Shown one piece after another: positions 40,745-50,203 of a stretch of 64,000 nucleotides of DNA. The notes beneath the pieces were generated by a model. That model made no database searches, had not been told where the DNA came from, and saw nothing but the letters and a program-made list of their open reading frames with translations. A program made the translations under genes and the position numbers. Numbering within the stretch: position 1 is the first letter of the stretch; every line of letters starts with the position of its first letter. This stretch comes from Candidatus Bathyarchaeota archaeon (lineage in GTDB: Archaea > Thermoproteota > Bathyarchaeia > Bathyarchaeales > Bathycorpusculaceae): positions 224,001 through 288,000 of the forward strand of contig CAWGZR010000010.1 in the NCBI GenBank assembly GCA_963827165.1. The letters run 5' to 3'.

Positions 40745-43024
40745 CTAAAAGCGTGAAAAGCCGCCTACGACAGCCTGACCAAAAGAAATCCCTCCATCAC
40801 CTGCTGGAACAGCCTCATGAACCAGAAAACGAAATCCAGCAGCCTCAACCGTTTTACGCATGACCTTAGCGAGAATCTGGTTACACGCAGCGCCGCCTGA
40901 AAAACCAATGCTCTTAACACCTAAAGCCATGGCTTTTTCAACCGCCAGTGAGCCCAGACCTCTTCCAAGGTAAGCGTGTGCTGAGTAAGCTAAGTCGCCA
41001 GAGGAGAATTCGGCTTTGTTTTCAAAAATCAGCCGTAACAGGGAGGACGTTTCCAAGATCTCACCTTCAATGGCGGATTTCAACTTCAGGACATCTTTGC
41101 AACCGATTGCAGCGGATTCAAGTTTCATGGCAGGTTCACCCTCGTAGCTTCTCTCGTAACAGATCCCTAAAACGCCTGCAACCGCGTCCAAAACTCTGCC
41201 GCAACTTGTCGTTTCAATTCCAGAGTTTTTCCCGAGTTGTGTGAGGATAAGGTTGACTTCGGTTTCGCCGAAAGGCAAATGCGCACTGTTCTCTCGCAGC
41301 CAAGGCTCAACTTTGACGTGAGCTTTTGCCAGAATTCCAGCGGCAATCCTTAGCGGATAACGACTCGCGATGTCCCCGCCAAGCAGCGGCTGAGGCTCTA
41401 AATGCCCAAGACGCTTAAACTTTGACGATTCGCGCGTGCAAAACAGGATTTCTCCTCCCCATGCGCCTCCGTCTGAGCCGTAGCCGTACCCATCACAGAC
41501 AACGTTGACAGCTTCCTCCAAGTTGTGCTCAGCCATTAAGGCGGCAGCGTGCGCATGATGATGTTGAACCTGGACGAGCGGCGCTCCATCTGCCTCCGCC
41601 ATCTCTTTCGCGAGAGCGGTTGTGGTGAATTTTGGATGCAAATCGCAAACGACGGCTTCGGCGTGGCAGTTAGTGAGGGTGTAGAGGTGGTTTGCTGCTT
41701 GCTGCAGAAAGCTACGCGTTTCCACGTTTTCGACGTCGCCAATGTGTTGGCTGATGAAGGCTTTGTCGTCTTGAAGGACGCAGGCTGTGTTGTTGAGTTC
41801 ACCTCCTAAACCCACGACGCATCGTTTAGCCTTCGCTTTGAGCTTTATGGGTGCGGGAGCGTATCCGCGGCTTCGGCGGATGAACACTTGGCGATTGCCA
41901 TGGACGCGCATTACAGAGTCGTCGCATCTATGGGCGATTCTTCGGTTGTGAAACAAAAAATAATCGACCGTAGCACTCAACGTCTTGATTGCGTGGTCGT
42001 TATCGAAAACGATGGGTTGATTGGGCGGATTAGCGCTGGTCATCACAAAGGCGAGGTCATCCACCTTGTCGAAGAGCATGTAATGCAAGCCTGTGTAGGG
42101 CAGCATGACGCCGACGTTATGAAGGTTAGGCGCAGTCAGCGACGAAAGGTTGTATCCAACGCTTTTGTTCAGCAGCACAATAGGCCTCATCGGCGACTGC
42201 AACAACTCCTGCTCCTTCGAACCCACTTCGGCGAAGGATTTAGCTGCCTCCAAACTTTTGGTCATTACAGCAAATGGTTTCTCCCGCCTGAGCTTCGTTG
42301 CTCGAAGAGCCCGCAACGGCTTATCCAACATCACTGAACATGCAATGTGGAAACCGCCATACCCTTTTATCGCCAAAATATTGCCTTCCGAAAGAAGCCG
42401 CCCCGCCTCACGCACGGGGTCTTTGACTTCTACTGGTTCGCCGTCGCGTCCTGTCAAGTAGGCTTTGGGTCCGCAGGATGGGCAAGCAACAGTTTGCGCG
42501 TGAAATCGCCTGTTCTCTGGGTCCTCGTACTCGCTTTGGCAGAAACCGCACAAGGGGAACTCTCGCATGGTGGTATTTTCGCGGTCGTAGGGCAACCGCT
42601 CAATTATGGTAAAGCGCGGCCCGCAGTTGGTGCAAGTGATAAAGAAGTATTCGTAGCGGGGGTTTTTGGGGTCGCGCAGCTCGATGAGGCATTCGTTGCA
42701 GATTGCGATGTCAGGCGGGATGACCGAACCTAAAAGATTCGCCTCATTCGAACTCTTCCAAATGGTAAATTCGGTGAACTGGTTTTCGCCTGGAAGCTTG
42801 ATGGATTTGATGCTGTCAATCTGCGCTATCGGCGGCTTCTTCTCTGTTAAATCCCGCGTGAAATTTTTGATGTTTTGCCCGTCACCCTCCAAGAGGATTT
42901 CAACTCCCGCGTCTCCTCGATTGCGGACGTACCCTGCCAAACCGTTCTGTACTGCTATTCGGAAGACGAAGGGGCGGAAACCAACGCCTTGAACGATACC
43001 CGTGACGTTTAATTTAACTCTCAA
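40745..43024 (-). CDS. hypF: Carbamoyltransferase HypF
   Basis: GIVQGVGFRP, CTNCGPR, CPSCGP, HHHAH, GDGGISFGQ. Confidence 0.96.
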   Translation of the reverse strand: MRVKLNVTGIVQGVGFRPFVFRIAVQNGLAGYVRNRGDAGVEILLEGDGQNIKNFTRDLTEKKPPIAQIDSIKSIKLPGENQFTEFTIWKSSNEANLLGSVIPPDIAICNECLIELRDPKNPRYEYFFITCTNCGPRFTIIERLPYDRENTTMREFPLCGFCQSEYEDPENRRFHAQTVACPSCGPKAYLTGRDGEPVEVKDPVREAGRLLSEGNILAIKGYGGFHIACSVMLDKPLRALRATKLRREKPFAVMTKSLEAAKSFAEVGSKEQELLQSPMRPIVLLNKSVGYNLSSLTAPNLHNVGVMLPYTGLHYMLFDKVDDLAFVMTSANPPNQPIVFDNDHAIKTLSATVDYFLFHNRRIAHRCDDSVMRVHGNRQVFIRRSRGYAPAPIKLKAKAKRCVVGLGGELNNTACVLQDDKAFISQHIGDVENVETRSFLQQAANHLYTLTNCHAEAVVCDLHPKFTTTALAKEMAEADGAPLVQVQHHHAHAAALMAEHNLEEAVNVVCDGYGYGSDGGAWGGEILFCTRESSKFKRLGHLEPQPLLGGDIASRYPLRIAAGILAKAHVKVEPWLRENSAHLPFGETEVNLILTQLGKNSGIETTSCGRVLDAVAGVLGICYERSYEGEPAMKLESAAIGCKDVLKLKSAIEGEILETSSLLRLIFENKAEFSSGDLAYSAHAYLGRGLGSLAVEKAMALGVKSIGFSGGAACNQILAKVMRKTVEAAGFRFLVHEAVPAGDGGISFGQAVVGGFSRF

Positions 43025-43047
43025 AATTAAGCCATCTTCTAAAGTTG

Positions 43048-43152
43048 CTACTGGGTTTTGGCTCTGTTAACGGCGTCTTCCCTTGCAAGCTTTTCAGCCT
43101 CAATTCTCAGTCTTAATGTTCTGTCGCTTTCGTCGATTACTTCGTCATGCAT
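43048..43152 (-). CDS. Putative 34-aa helical small protein upstream of hypF
   Basis: ATG..TAG, MHDEVIDESDRTLRLRIEAEKLAREDAVNRAKTQ. Confidence 0.4.
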   Translation of the reverse strand: MHDEVIDESDRTLRLRIEAEKLAREDAVNRAKTQ

Positions 43153-43203
43153 GATAATCCCCAATAATATTGTAAAACTTTGAATTAAGAATTACCTAAA
43201 AAT

Positions 43204-44844
43204 CTAAATTTGGCCTTTTCTTTCATTAAGCAGCAGCCGCTTTAAAACTTTGCCTGCTGAGCTAACCGGTAAATCCGTTCTGAACTCGACCTCTCGGATC
43301 GCTTTATAGGGTGCTACCTTATCGTTAACGAAGGCTTTGATTTCCTCAGCCGAAACAACTGCACCTCCATTAAGCACAACATAAGCCTTTGGGACTTCTC
43401 CAGCGAGAGGGTCAGGTTTGCCAACTACTGCGCACAGTTTGACCGCTGGGTACTTGCAGAGAATATCCTCAAGTTCCTTTGGGTAAACACTAAAACCACC
43501 GTATTTTATGAGGTCTTTTTTGCGATCAGTAATGTAAAAGTAACCATCTTTATCCATGTGTGCTATGTCCCCTGTGAGAAGCCACCCATCATGCAGAACC
43601 AAAGAGGTCTCCTCAAGGCTGTGCCAGTAACCCTTCATGACCTGTGGTCCCTTCACCGCAAGCTCGCCCGTCTCGCCTACACCAAGAGTTTTTGCGCCTG
43701 TGCCTAAATCCACTATTCGTGCATCTGTATCTGGTAGGGGCAAACCGATAGAACCGACTTTCACCATTTTCATGGTGCTGTCTATGGGATTGCAGTGGGT
43801 AACTGGTGATGCTTCTGTTAAACCGTAGCCTTCAGCTAAAAATCCTCCTGTGACTTGCATGAATCGTTTTTGGGTTTGCGGTGGCAACGGTGAAGCGCCC
43901 GAAATGCAAACACGAATCGATGTTAAGTCATATTTACCAAGCTCTGGGTTAGCTAAAAGTGCCTGGTACATGGTGGGAACACCGCAGAAAATTGTAATCC
44001 TGTTTTTTTGAAGGGCTTCCAAGGCTTTGGCCTGATCGAACTTTGGCATCAAAACCATTTTTGCCGCCAAACTGATGGGTACAGTCATACTGGTTGTCAT
44101 GCCGTAAATATGGAAAAGCGGCAGCGCAGTTAGGAAGGTTTCTTGAGCTGCCCTACCCCTTATCCAAGCGCCGAAAGCGAGTGCATTAGAGAGGAGGTTG
44201 GTATGTGTTAGCATGGCGCCTTTAGCTGTTCCAGTTGTGCCACCGGTGTATTGCAGGACGGCCAAGTCCTCGTTTGGGTTCAATTTTACGTTTGGAGCGT
44301 AAGCTGATTCTTTTTCTAATAAAGCTTGAAAAGCTAAAGTGTTTGGAACGTCAAGGGGACGCGTTTTTTTGTAGCAATACTCGTCTTGGCCTGTTACTAT
44401 TATGTTTTTTAGCTTGGTTTTTTGCTTAATTTTCGCTATGCTTGGATAAAGAGAATCCAGCACAATAATAGTTTGTGATCCTGAATCATTCAATTGGTAC
44501 TCAACTTCGCGCTGTCGATACATGGGGTTTATGGCTGTTACAACCGCGCCAGCTCCAAGCACACCAAAATAGGCCACCAGGAACTGAGGAACATTAGGCA
44601 AAAAAATTGCAACACGATCACCTTTTTTCACCCCTAACTTAACAAGAGATTGGGCAAACTGGTTTGAGAGCGTTTCCAAATTGCCATAAGTGATTTCTCG
44701 CTCGCCATAAATTATGGAGGTTTTTAGCGGAAAATCATTGGCGCTTTTGTGAAGGATTTCTTGGAGAGGAACCTGTGGAAGTTCGAGGTGCTTTGGCACT
44801 TGAGCAGGCCACGAATTAAACCAGGGGGTATTTTTTTGGGGCAA
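43204..44844 (-). CDS. Long-chain fatty acid--CoA ligase
   Basis: QYTGGTTGTAKG, EGYGLTE, TGDI, DRKKD, SSAGKV. Confidence 0.92.
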   Translation of the reverse strand: MPQKNTPWFNSWPAQVPKHLELPQVPLQEILHKSANDFPLKTSIIYGEREITYGNLETLSNQFAQSLVKLGVKKGDRVAIFLPNVPQFLVAYFGVLGAGAVVTAINPMYRQREVEYQLNDSGSQTIIVLDSLYPSIAKIKQKTKLKNIIVTGQDEYCYKKTRPLDVPNTLAFQALLEKESAYAPNVKLNPNEDLAVLQYTGGTTGTAKGAMLTHTNLLSNALAFGAWIRGRAAQETFLTALPLFHIYGMTTSMTVPISLAAKMVLMPKFDQAKALEALQKNRITIFCGVPTMYQALLANPELGKYDLTSIRVCISGASPLPPQTQKRFMQVTGGFLAEGYGLTEASPVTHCNPIDSTMKMVKVGSIGLPLPDTDARIVDLGTGAKTLGVGETGELAVKGPQVMKGYWHSLEETSLVLHDGWLLTGDIAHMDKDGYFYITDRKKDLIKYGGFSVYPKELEDILCKYPAVKLCAVVGKPDPLAGEVPKAYVVLNGGAVVSAEEIKAFVNDKVAPYKAIREVEFRTDLPVSSAGKVLKRLLLNERKGQI

Positions 44845-44883
44845 GACACGTCGCGTTACATTATGAGCTATTAGGTTAAAACC

Positions 44884-45252
44884 TTACTCTAACTGGGGTC
44901 TCTTATTCTTAGAATAGTCGGTTATGCCAAGTCTGTTGCCGTAGGGATCTTCGAATTCAACCGCCAAGCCCGTGTGAATCTCGAAAGGTTCGGAGAGAAA
45001 CTTTAAGCCTTTGGCGCCGAGCCGCTTATACTCTTCTTGCACGTTGTCAACCACGAACCAGATCGTTGGCTTTGCGGCTGAGAACTTGCAGGTGTCTTTG
45101 AGAATGATTGCAGGTTCGTTCTCGCCGACTTTGAATGCGACCATTCCCATGTCTGAAAAATCAAATTTGAGGCGTAACCCCAAAACGCCTTGGTAGAACG
45201 CCTTACCTTTCTCCAAGTCGCCGCTTGGCAAGAAAAAGTTATCATAATCCAT
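44884..45252 (-). CDS. VOC/glyoxalase family protein
   Basis: FYQGVLGL, FEDPYGNRL. Confidence 0.85.
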   Translation of the reverse strand: MDYDNFFLPSGDLEKGKAFYQGVLGLRLKFDFSDMGMVAFKVGENEPAIILKDTCKFSAAKPTIWFVVDNVQEEYKRLGAKGLKFLSEPFEIHTGLAVEFEDPYGNRLGITDYSKNKRPQLE

Positions 45253-45324
45253 CCGTTTGTCACTTCGAATTCAGTGTGTCGCATGAACCTAATAACACTT
45301 CACAAAAGGCAGTATCTTGGCGTT

Positions 45325-46005
45325 TCAAATGCGGGAGGGCTCGGTTTTTTTATAGAAAAGCAGCGCGGGCAATGAGGCAACAATTACGAAGGCAGAGTTG
45401 AAGATGTATGCGCTTGATTGGATGGCTGAATTGCTATTCTGGATCATTGGAATCACGATAGGTGATGAGGGGAACCATCCTGGCGCAAAGAATTGTGGGT
45501 ATCCGATGTAAACCCAGAGCAGGTAGATTATGCCGCTTGCGATGGTGGTTAAGACGAAGTACCTGTTGAGTGTCATGTATTTGTAGGATATGAAGGGCAG
45601 GCTTATCATCATAAGTGTCCAGTAGAGAGGGTAAGTTGTTGCTGAAGTATTGAAGTTGAAGTTCAAAGTGAACAAGGTTTGTGCAACTGCTGTGGGTGTC
45701 CTAGCTTGTGCATAGCCGAAATGGTACAGTCCTTGTTGCAGCCAGATTCCAGCGGCAACACACGCCACCGCCACAAGGTACCTCTCATAGCCAACGCCTT
45801 GGCGCCTTAGAAAAAACTCCGCGAGGACGAACGCAAACCCATAAATTACAACCGAACTTGTGAGTACAGCCGCTGATGAGGTGCTCTCCCCTGCGAAAAC
45901 AAATCCTCTTCCCCGCCAAACCAGCAAAGCCGCAATCACACATAGGCAGATTACCTCAAACCAGTTCCGCTTAAACCAGCCAACGGCATTTTCAAAAGCC
46001 AGCAA
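45325..46005 (-). CDS. Hypothetical multi-pass membrane protein
   Basis: 226-aa ORF with several TM segments. Confidence 0.65.
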   Translation of the reverse strand: MLAFENAVGWFKRNWFEVICLCVIAALLVWRGRGFVFAGESTSSAAVLTSSVVIYGFAFVLAEFFLRRQGVGYERYLVAVACVAAGIWLQQGLYHFGYAQARTPTAVAQTLFTLNFNFNTSATTYPLYWTLMMISLPFISYKYMTLNRYFVLTTIASGIIYLLWVYIGYPQFFAPGWFPSSPIVIPMIQNSNSAIQSSAYIFNSAFVIVASLPALLFYKKTEPSRI

Positions 46006-46199
46006 AACGACTCCTCAGAAGAACCTTCCCATTTATCGCTACAATGTTAGTTTGGGTACGGTTGGTTTAAAATTTTTGGTTTCTTGAAATCCTACATGGA
46101 AAAATATTCATTAAAAGAAGGCAAAAAAGCTCCGGACAAGTAAAACCCTTTTGAAGTTGTCAAGGTTTAATTAATTAGAAAATTGTGTTGTTAACTGGC

Positions 46200-46379
46200 T
46201 TATTTTTGCTTTTTCGTTTCTTGATCAATGAGCTGTGATAGACGGTAGGTGACGTAAGCTGAAAAGCTTCGGATGCCTTTCTTGATGATGTATTCTTCTT
46301 TGACTTTAAGCCACTCGCTAAAAAAGTAATCATAGACTTCCGCCTTTACAGTGATGCTTTTGTAGCCTTTTTTCGGCGT
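46200..46379 (-). CDS. Small RHH-like DNA-binding protein (ACG or ATA start)
   Basis: (M)PKKGYKSITVKAEVYDYFFSEWLKVKEEYIIKKGIRSFSAYVTYRLSQLIDQETKKQK. Confidence 0.6.
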   Translation of the reverse strand, partial: TPKKGYKSITVKAEVYDYFFSEWLKVKEEYIIKKGIRSFSAYVTYRLSQLIDQETKKQK

Positions 46380-46548
46380 TATGGTTCCCTCTTAAGTTAG
46401 TTAGCGAACGTACATTTATTTAAGGTTTCACGATATTTGGTTCTATCTAATGGCTGTATATCACGAGATTAGATGTTCAGTCAGAGGGTAACACCGTTAA
46501 TTATATATTCCACGTACGGTAAAGTACGAAAAGGAGTTCTGGTAGTTT

Positions 46549-46695
46549 TTGCCACGAAAAGGGTACAAATGCTTAACCGTTTCAGACAAAGTTCACGAAG
46601 ACATTAAAAACAGAGCCAAAGAAAGCAAACGCAATATGCGAGAATACGTTGAATACTTGCTTGCTAAAGAGAAAGTTGCAAAGGATGGAAAATAA
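46549..46695 (+). CDS. Small ribbon-helix-helix protein
   Basis: TTG start after AGGAG; MPRKGYKCLTVSDKVHEDIKNRAKESKRNMREYVEYLLAKEKVAKDGK. Confidence 0.65.
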   Translation: MPRKGYKCLTVSDKVHEDIKNRAKESKRNMREYVEYLLAKEKVAKDGK

Positions 46696-46697
46696 AT

Positions 46698-46871
46698 CTG
46701 ACCATCAAGGTTCTTCAATTCAACGATCGCGTCGCAGAAGTACAATTTATCTGCGATCGCTGTGGCAAACTGGTAACATCCAGAGTAATAAAGCGGGAAG
46801 AAGCTGAAGCGGAAAGAAACACAAAGACCATGTGCTACCAATGCAGTCTTACCCAACACAAAAAGAAATAG
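46698..46871 (+). CDS. Small Zn-ribbon protein (CTG start or frameshift)
   Basis: LTIKVLQFNDRVAEVQFICDRCGKLV..TMCYQCSLTQHKKK, two CxxC. Confidence 0.5.
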   Translation: MTIKVLQFNDRVAEVQFICDRCGKLVTSRVIKREEAEAERNTKTMCYQCSLTQHKKK

Positions 46872-47074
46872 ACGCCGATTTTTAAGACAAAAGAAGCCAT
46901 CCGCCACTAAAAACCATGTGCGCAGATTAGTCGAAAATCTTGGACTTACCAATTTTCTTCTTAGTCCAGAAACCTATACAAGAATCCTTAAAACATCAGT
47001 GCTTCCAAATGCAATCAGCTTCAACAGTTTTGACGCTCACCAAAGTCCGAATTATTAGACTTTTTTTCAACGGT

Positions 47075-47212
47075 TGGTGCCGGGGGCGCGATTCGAGCAC
47101 GCGACTTCTGGCAAAGAGCGCTTAGCCCCTTTTGACTCCAGATTTCTCATATGGGTACTGCGTGTATCCAAATTATGAGTCTGGCGCCCTGGCCAGGCTA
47201 GGCTACCCCGGC
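47075..47212 (-). tRNA. tRNA-Met(CAT), elongator type, CCA encoded, two 30-nt introns (37/38: 47144-47173; 45/46: 47106-47135)
   Basis: Removing both introns gives a 78-nt cloverleaf GCCGGGG..CCAGA-CTCATAA-TCTGG-AGGTC-GCGTG-CTCGAAT-CGCGC-CCCCGGC-ACCA; BHB helices CTCA/TGAG and CTGG/CCAG. Confidence 0.9.
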
Positions 47213-47414
47213 ACACAATTCGCCGCCGTTTCCGTTGGCTGAATCCATTTAGTTTATTTTCCATCATTTAAACTTTTAAGCCCAGCAATAGCCAATTGCT
47301 TTGAGTCGACAAGGCACCGCGAAAAACCGATGGGGGCACCACGGTCATTTTTGCGGGTTTATTTGCATAAAACTTATTGGAGCGGAAAACGATGGGCTTA
47401 GCGTGGAGATGTGT

Positions 47415-48011
47415 ATGTCTTCGGAAAGTGACGATGAAAATCCTGAGTGGATCAAGCGCAAACGGGCGAAGGATCCTTTCTTTGGGGATATTGATGACAT
47501 GTTCCGTGAAATGGAAAAAATGATGGATGAGAAATTGAAGAACTTCACGGATAACGTGCCGAAGGAATATGTGAAGGAACGCAAGTTGCCTGACGGAAGC
47601 ACGGTCAAGGATTTCGGACCGTTCGTTTATGGTTACAGCATGAAGATAGGTCCCAACGGGAAGCCTGAAATCCAAGAGTTTGGGAACATCAAGAAAGGGC
47701 TCAAAGGGGCGCCGCAGGTTAAAGAGGAACGCGAACCCCTCGTTGATATCGTTGACGCAGACGGCGAAATCCACGTAGTTGTCGAGTTGCCGGGCGTGGA
47801 GAAAACCGACATTAAACTGCACGGCACTGAAGAGTCATTGACGATTTCCGTAGATACGCCACAATACAAGTATTACAAGGATGTTGAGTTGCCAGCAAAA
47901 GTGCGGGTTAAAGAGGCAAGGTCAACATACAAAAACGGAGTCTTAGAAGTCGTTGTGCCTAAGGCTGAAACAGAAGGCAAGCCGAAGGGAGAGCCCATCG
48001 GCATCGGCTAA
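47415..48011 (+). CDS. Archaeal small heat shock protein Hsp20
   Basis: GPFVYGYSMKIGPNGKP..EFGN, EREPLVD, YKNGVLEV. Confidence 0.92.
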   Translation: MSSESDDENPEWIKRKRAKDPFFGDIDDMFREMEKMMDEKLKNFTDNVPKEYVKERKLPDGSTVKDFGPFVYGYSMKIGPNGKPEIQEFGNIKKGLKGAPQVKEEREPLVDIVDADGEIHVVVELPGVEKTDIKLHGTEESLTISVDTPQYKYYKDVELPAKVRVKEARSTYKNGVLEVVVPKAETEGKPKGEPIGIG

Positions 48012-48048
48012 AAACCAAAATTAGATCCGATTAATCTTTCAGTGTTGC

Positions 48049-48468
48049 ATGCAAATAATGGGTGAAAACCAAGAATTAGACTCGTTAAACACTATCTGCC
48101 GTGAAGCAAAGGTAGCCGGCAAACTGTCAGGTACTGACTTGACTGAGCTCTATGAGCTTTTCGGGTCACGATTCACAAAAGCTCTTGACGCCTTAAAAGA
48201 GGGCAGAGTCAAAAAATACACGTTTAAGCCCAGTTGCAGGGTTGTTTGGATAGTTGTGGGCAGAGAACGAGACTACCTTATCATGCCTGAAGCTGAATTC
48301 TGCACTTGTGACGACTTTTACTTTCGAGTGCTTGACAAAAAAGTCCATATGTGCTATCACCTTCTAACTCAAAAGATCGCGCAGAACCTATGTTGGTTCG
48401 AAACAATCGATGCAGAGGACGACACCTACGAAATGCTGATGAACGAGTGGAAAAAAGCGACACCTTAA
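48049..48468 (+). CDS. SWIM zinc finger protein
   Basis: FCTCDDFYFR..CYHL. Confidence 0.8.
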   Translation: MQIMGENQELDSLNTICREAKVAGKLSGTDLTELYELFGSRFTKALDALKEGRVKKYTFKPSCRVVWIVVGRERDYLIMPEAEFCTCDDFYFRVLDKKVHMCYHLLTQKIAQNLCWFETIDAEDDTYEMLMNEWKKATP

Positions 48469-48512
48469 ATATTTAGATGCTACAAGAATATGCAATTGCA
48501 GGGAGAATCCAT

Positions 48513-48635
48513 ATGAATTTAGGCGCATACTTCGTAACCTTAGAGTACGTCGCGATGAGTGGAATTTTCATAGCGTTAGTCCTAATATTCCTCTACGCAT
48601 ACTACGGCAAAGATGAGGAAGAAGAAATAGATTAA
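48513..48635 (+). CDS. Small single-TM protein (40 aa)
   Basis: GGGAG RBS; MNLGAYFVTLEYVAMSGIFIALVLIFLYAYYGKDEEEEID. Confidence 0.55.
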   Translation: MNLGAYFVTLEYVAMSGIFIALVLIFLYAYYGKDEEEEID

Positions 48636-48661
48636 AACTTCCCTGCACACTTTAGCCGAAA

Positions 48662-48946
48662 TTAACCTCGTCTTTTATTCATCACTAAAAACAAAACTAC
48701 GCTTAACGCCGCAAGAATTATCCCGATTATTATCAACAGCCCCGCGTTTGGACCAGAACCAAAAACAATCGGGAACGGACCGATAAAAACAACTACCCCA
48801 ACACTAGATGAACTGCTGAAAACCAAGGAAACAACAAACAAAACCACGACGCCGACAAAAACCAATGCGATGCCCAATATGAGGAGCCAAAGGAGCCTGC
48901 TTGAAACAACGATGCCGCCGTCTTCAGATTCATGTTCATCCGCCAA
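48662..48946 (-). CDS. DUF131 family membrane protein
   Basis: GVVVFIGPFPIVFG. Confidence 0.8.
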   Translation of the reverse strand: MADEHESEDGGIVVSSRLLWLLILGIALVFVGVVVLFVVSLVFSSSSSVGVVVFIGPFPIVFGSGPNAGLLIIIGIILAALSVVLFLVMNKRRG

Positions 48947-48953
48947 ACCATTT

Positions 48954-49220
48954 TCACCTCAACAAAAAGTAAAACACAACCATCGCGACAATCACGGCGA
49001 TAACAAGTGCTAAAGCCAGCACCAAAATCGTTTTGACGGATTTTTTGTCTGTTCCGAAGATTATCGGTATAGGCCCTATCATGATTACACCAGCGGCTTT
49101 CACTTTACCCTGGTTTTTGTCTCCGCCGCGGGTCGAAGCAGCGATGATTACGGCTAAGATAACTACGATTCCGATAAGGATTAAAGCGACGCCGACCGCG
49201 TAGAAAACCGCTAGATTCAA
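48954..49220 (-). CDS. DUF131 (TIGR00304) family membrane protein
   Basis: AGVIMIGPIPIIFGTDK. Confidence 0.82.
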   Translation of the reverse strand: MNLAVFYAVGVALILIGIVVILAVIIAASTRGGDKNQGKVKAAGVIMIGPIPIIFGTDKKSVKTILVLALALVIAVIVAMVVFYFLLR

Positions 49221-49650
49221 CCTTTTTCCTCCAGCAGCCTCACGTTAGTTGAGTCAGCGTTTTTAATAAACATGGACAACCGAATCCCATGAACCCAAGA
49301 AACCGCAAACTAAAAACTGTTAATCCACCTCGAAAAAAACGAACCGAAATAACCATGCCTGAGCAAGCTGCGAATTTGAAAGATCTCATCAAATCAGGTA
49401 TCAATGGGTGCTTACCTGATTTTTCAGCGGCACCCTGTATTTTGTTTTGTAAAGCGCACATTGCTTTAATTCCCGATGTACCATCGACCTCGGCTGGAAG
49501 AGGACCTATTCTTTGCAGCAGGAAAAGCTCAACAAAATAACGACTACAGGCTGGGTGTGGTGGGCTTCTGGTTTCTTTGCTCTTCTCCGAAATAGTTAAA
49601 TGGGGAGAGTTCAAGTATAGAAGAGATAACGGAATCATGAGGATTACACC

Positions 49651-49878
49651 ATGAGCGAAATGACCACCGAAATCCTTGAACAGAACCTCGGCAAAGTTGT
49701 ATTGGTACGGCTTAAAGGCGGAAAAAGCCTACGGGGAAGACTGAAGGGTTTCGACCAGCACTTAAACCTTGTTTTAGAAGAAACAGAAGACACAACAGTA
49801 GTTGAAAACCAAAAGAAACTGGGACTAATCATCGTCCGAGGAGACAACGTAGTCCTAATATCGCCGCCGCCCAGGTGA
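49651..49878 (+). CDS. Sm-like (LSm/SmAP) RNA-binding protein
   Basis: VRLKGG..RGRLKGFDQHLNLVL, IIVRGDNV; linked to eL37. Confidence 0.93.
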   Translation: MSEMTTEILEQNLGKVVLVRLKGGKSLRGRLKGFDQHLNLVLEETEDTTVVENQKKLGLIIVRGDNVVLISPPPR

Positions 49879-49883
49879 CCTAA

Positions 49884-50072
49884 ATGGGAAAAGGCACTCC
49901 ATCAATGGGCAAGCGCCAAGGCAAAACTGTCCATATAAAATGCCGACGCTGCGGAAGACGAGCATACCACGTACGCCACAAACGATGCGCGGCATGCGGT
50001 TTTGGCGAAACCACAAAAATGAGACACTACACTTGGATGCGCAAGACTCTTCAAAGAGTAAGAGTCGTTTAA
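49884..50072 (+). CDS. rpl37e: 50S ribosomal protein eL37
   Basis: [24 protein letters not shown]. Confidence 0.96.
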   Translation: MGKGTPSMGKRQGKTVHIKCRRCGRRAYHVRHKRCAACGFGETTKMRHYTWMRKTLQRVRVV

Positions 50073-50203
50073 ACCGTCGACAAGAAACAGTTTTTTATTT
50101 TCAAAACAACATATTTTTAGAGACAAAATTACTGTAGCGGAAGCTTCAGTTTTTGAAAAAAACAAATAGGCTGTAAGAAAAATAAAATGATAAGGGCGCC
50201 TGC

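Noticed and set aside
46080-47075. Intact provirus integrated at tRNA-Met
   Set aside because: No integrase and no repeated tRNA 3' end seen in the window
47075-47212. tRNA-Ile2 (CAU) or initiator tRNA identity
   Set aside because: The GCCGGGG acceptor stem and absence of A1-U72 and three G-C anticodon-stem pairs fit elongator Met better
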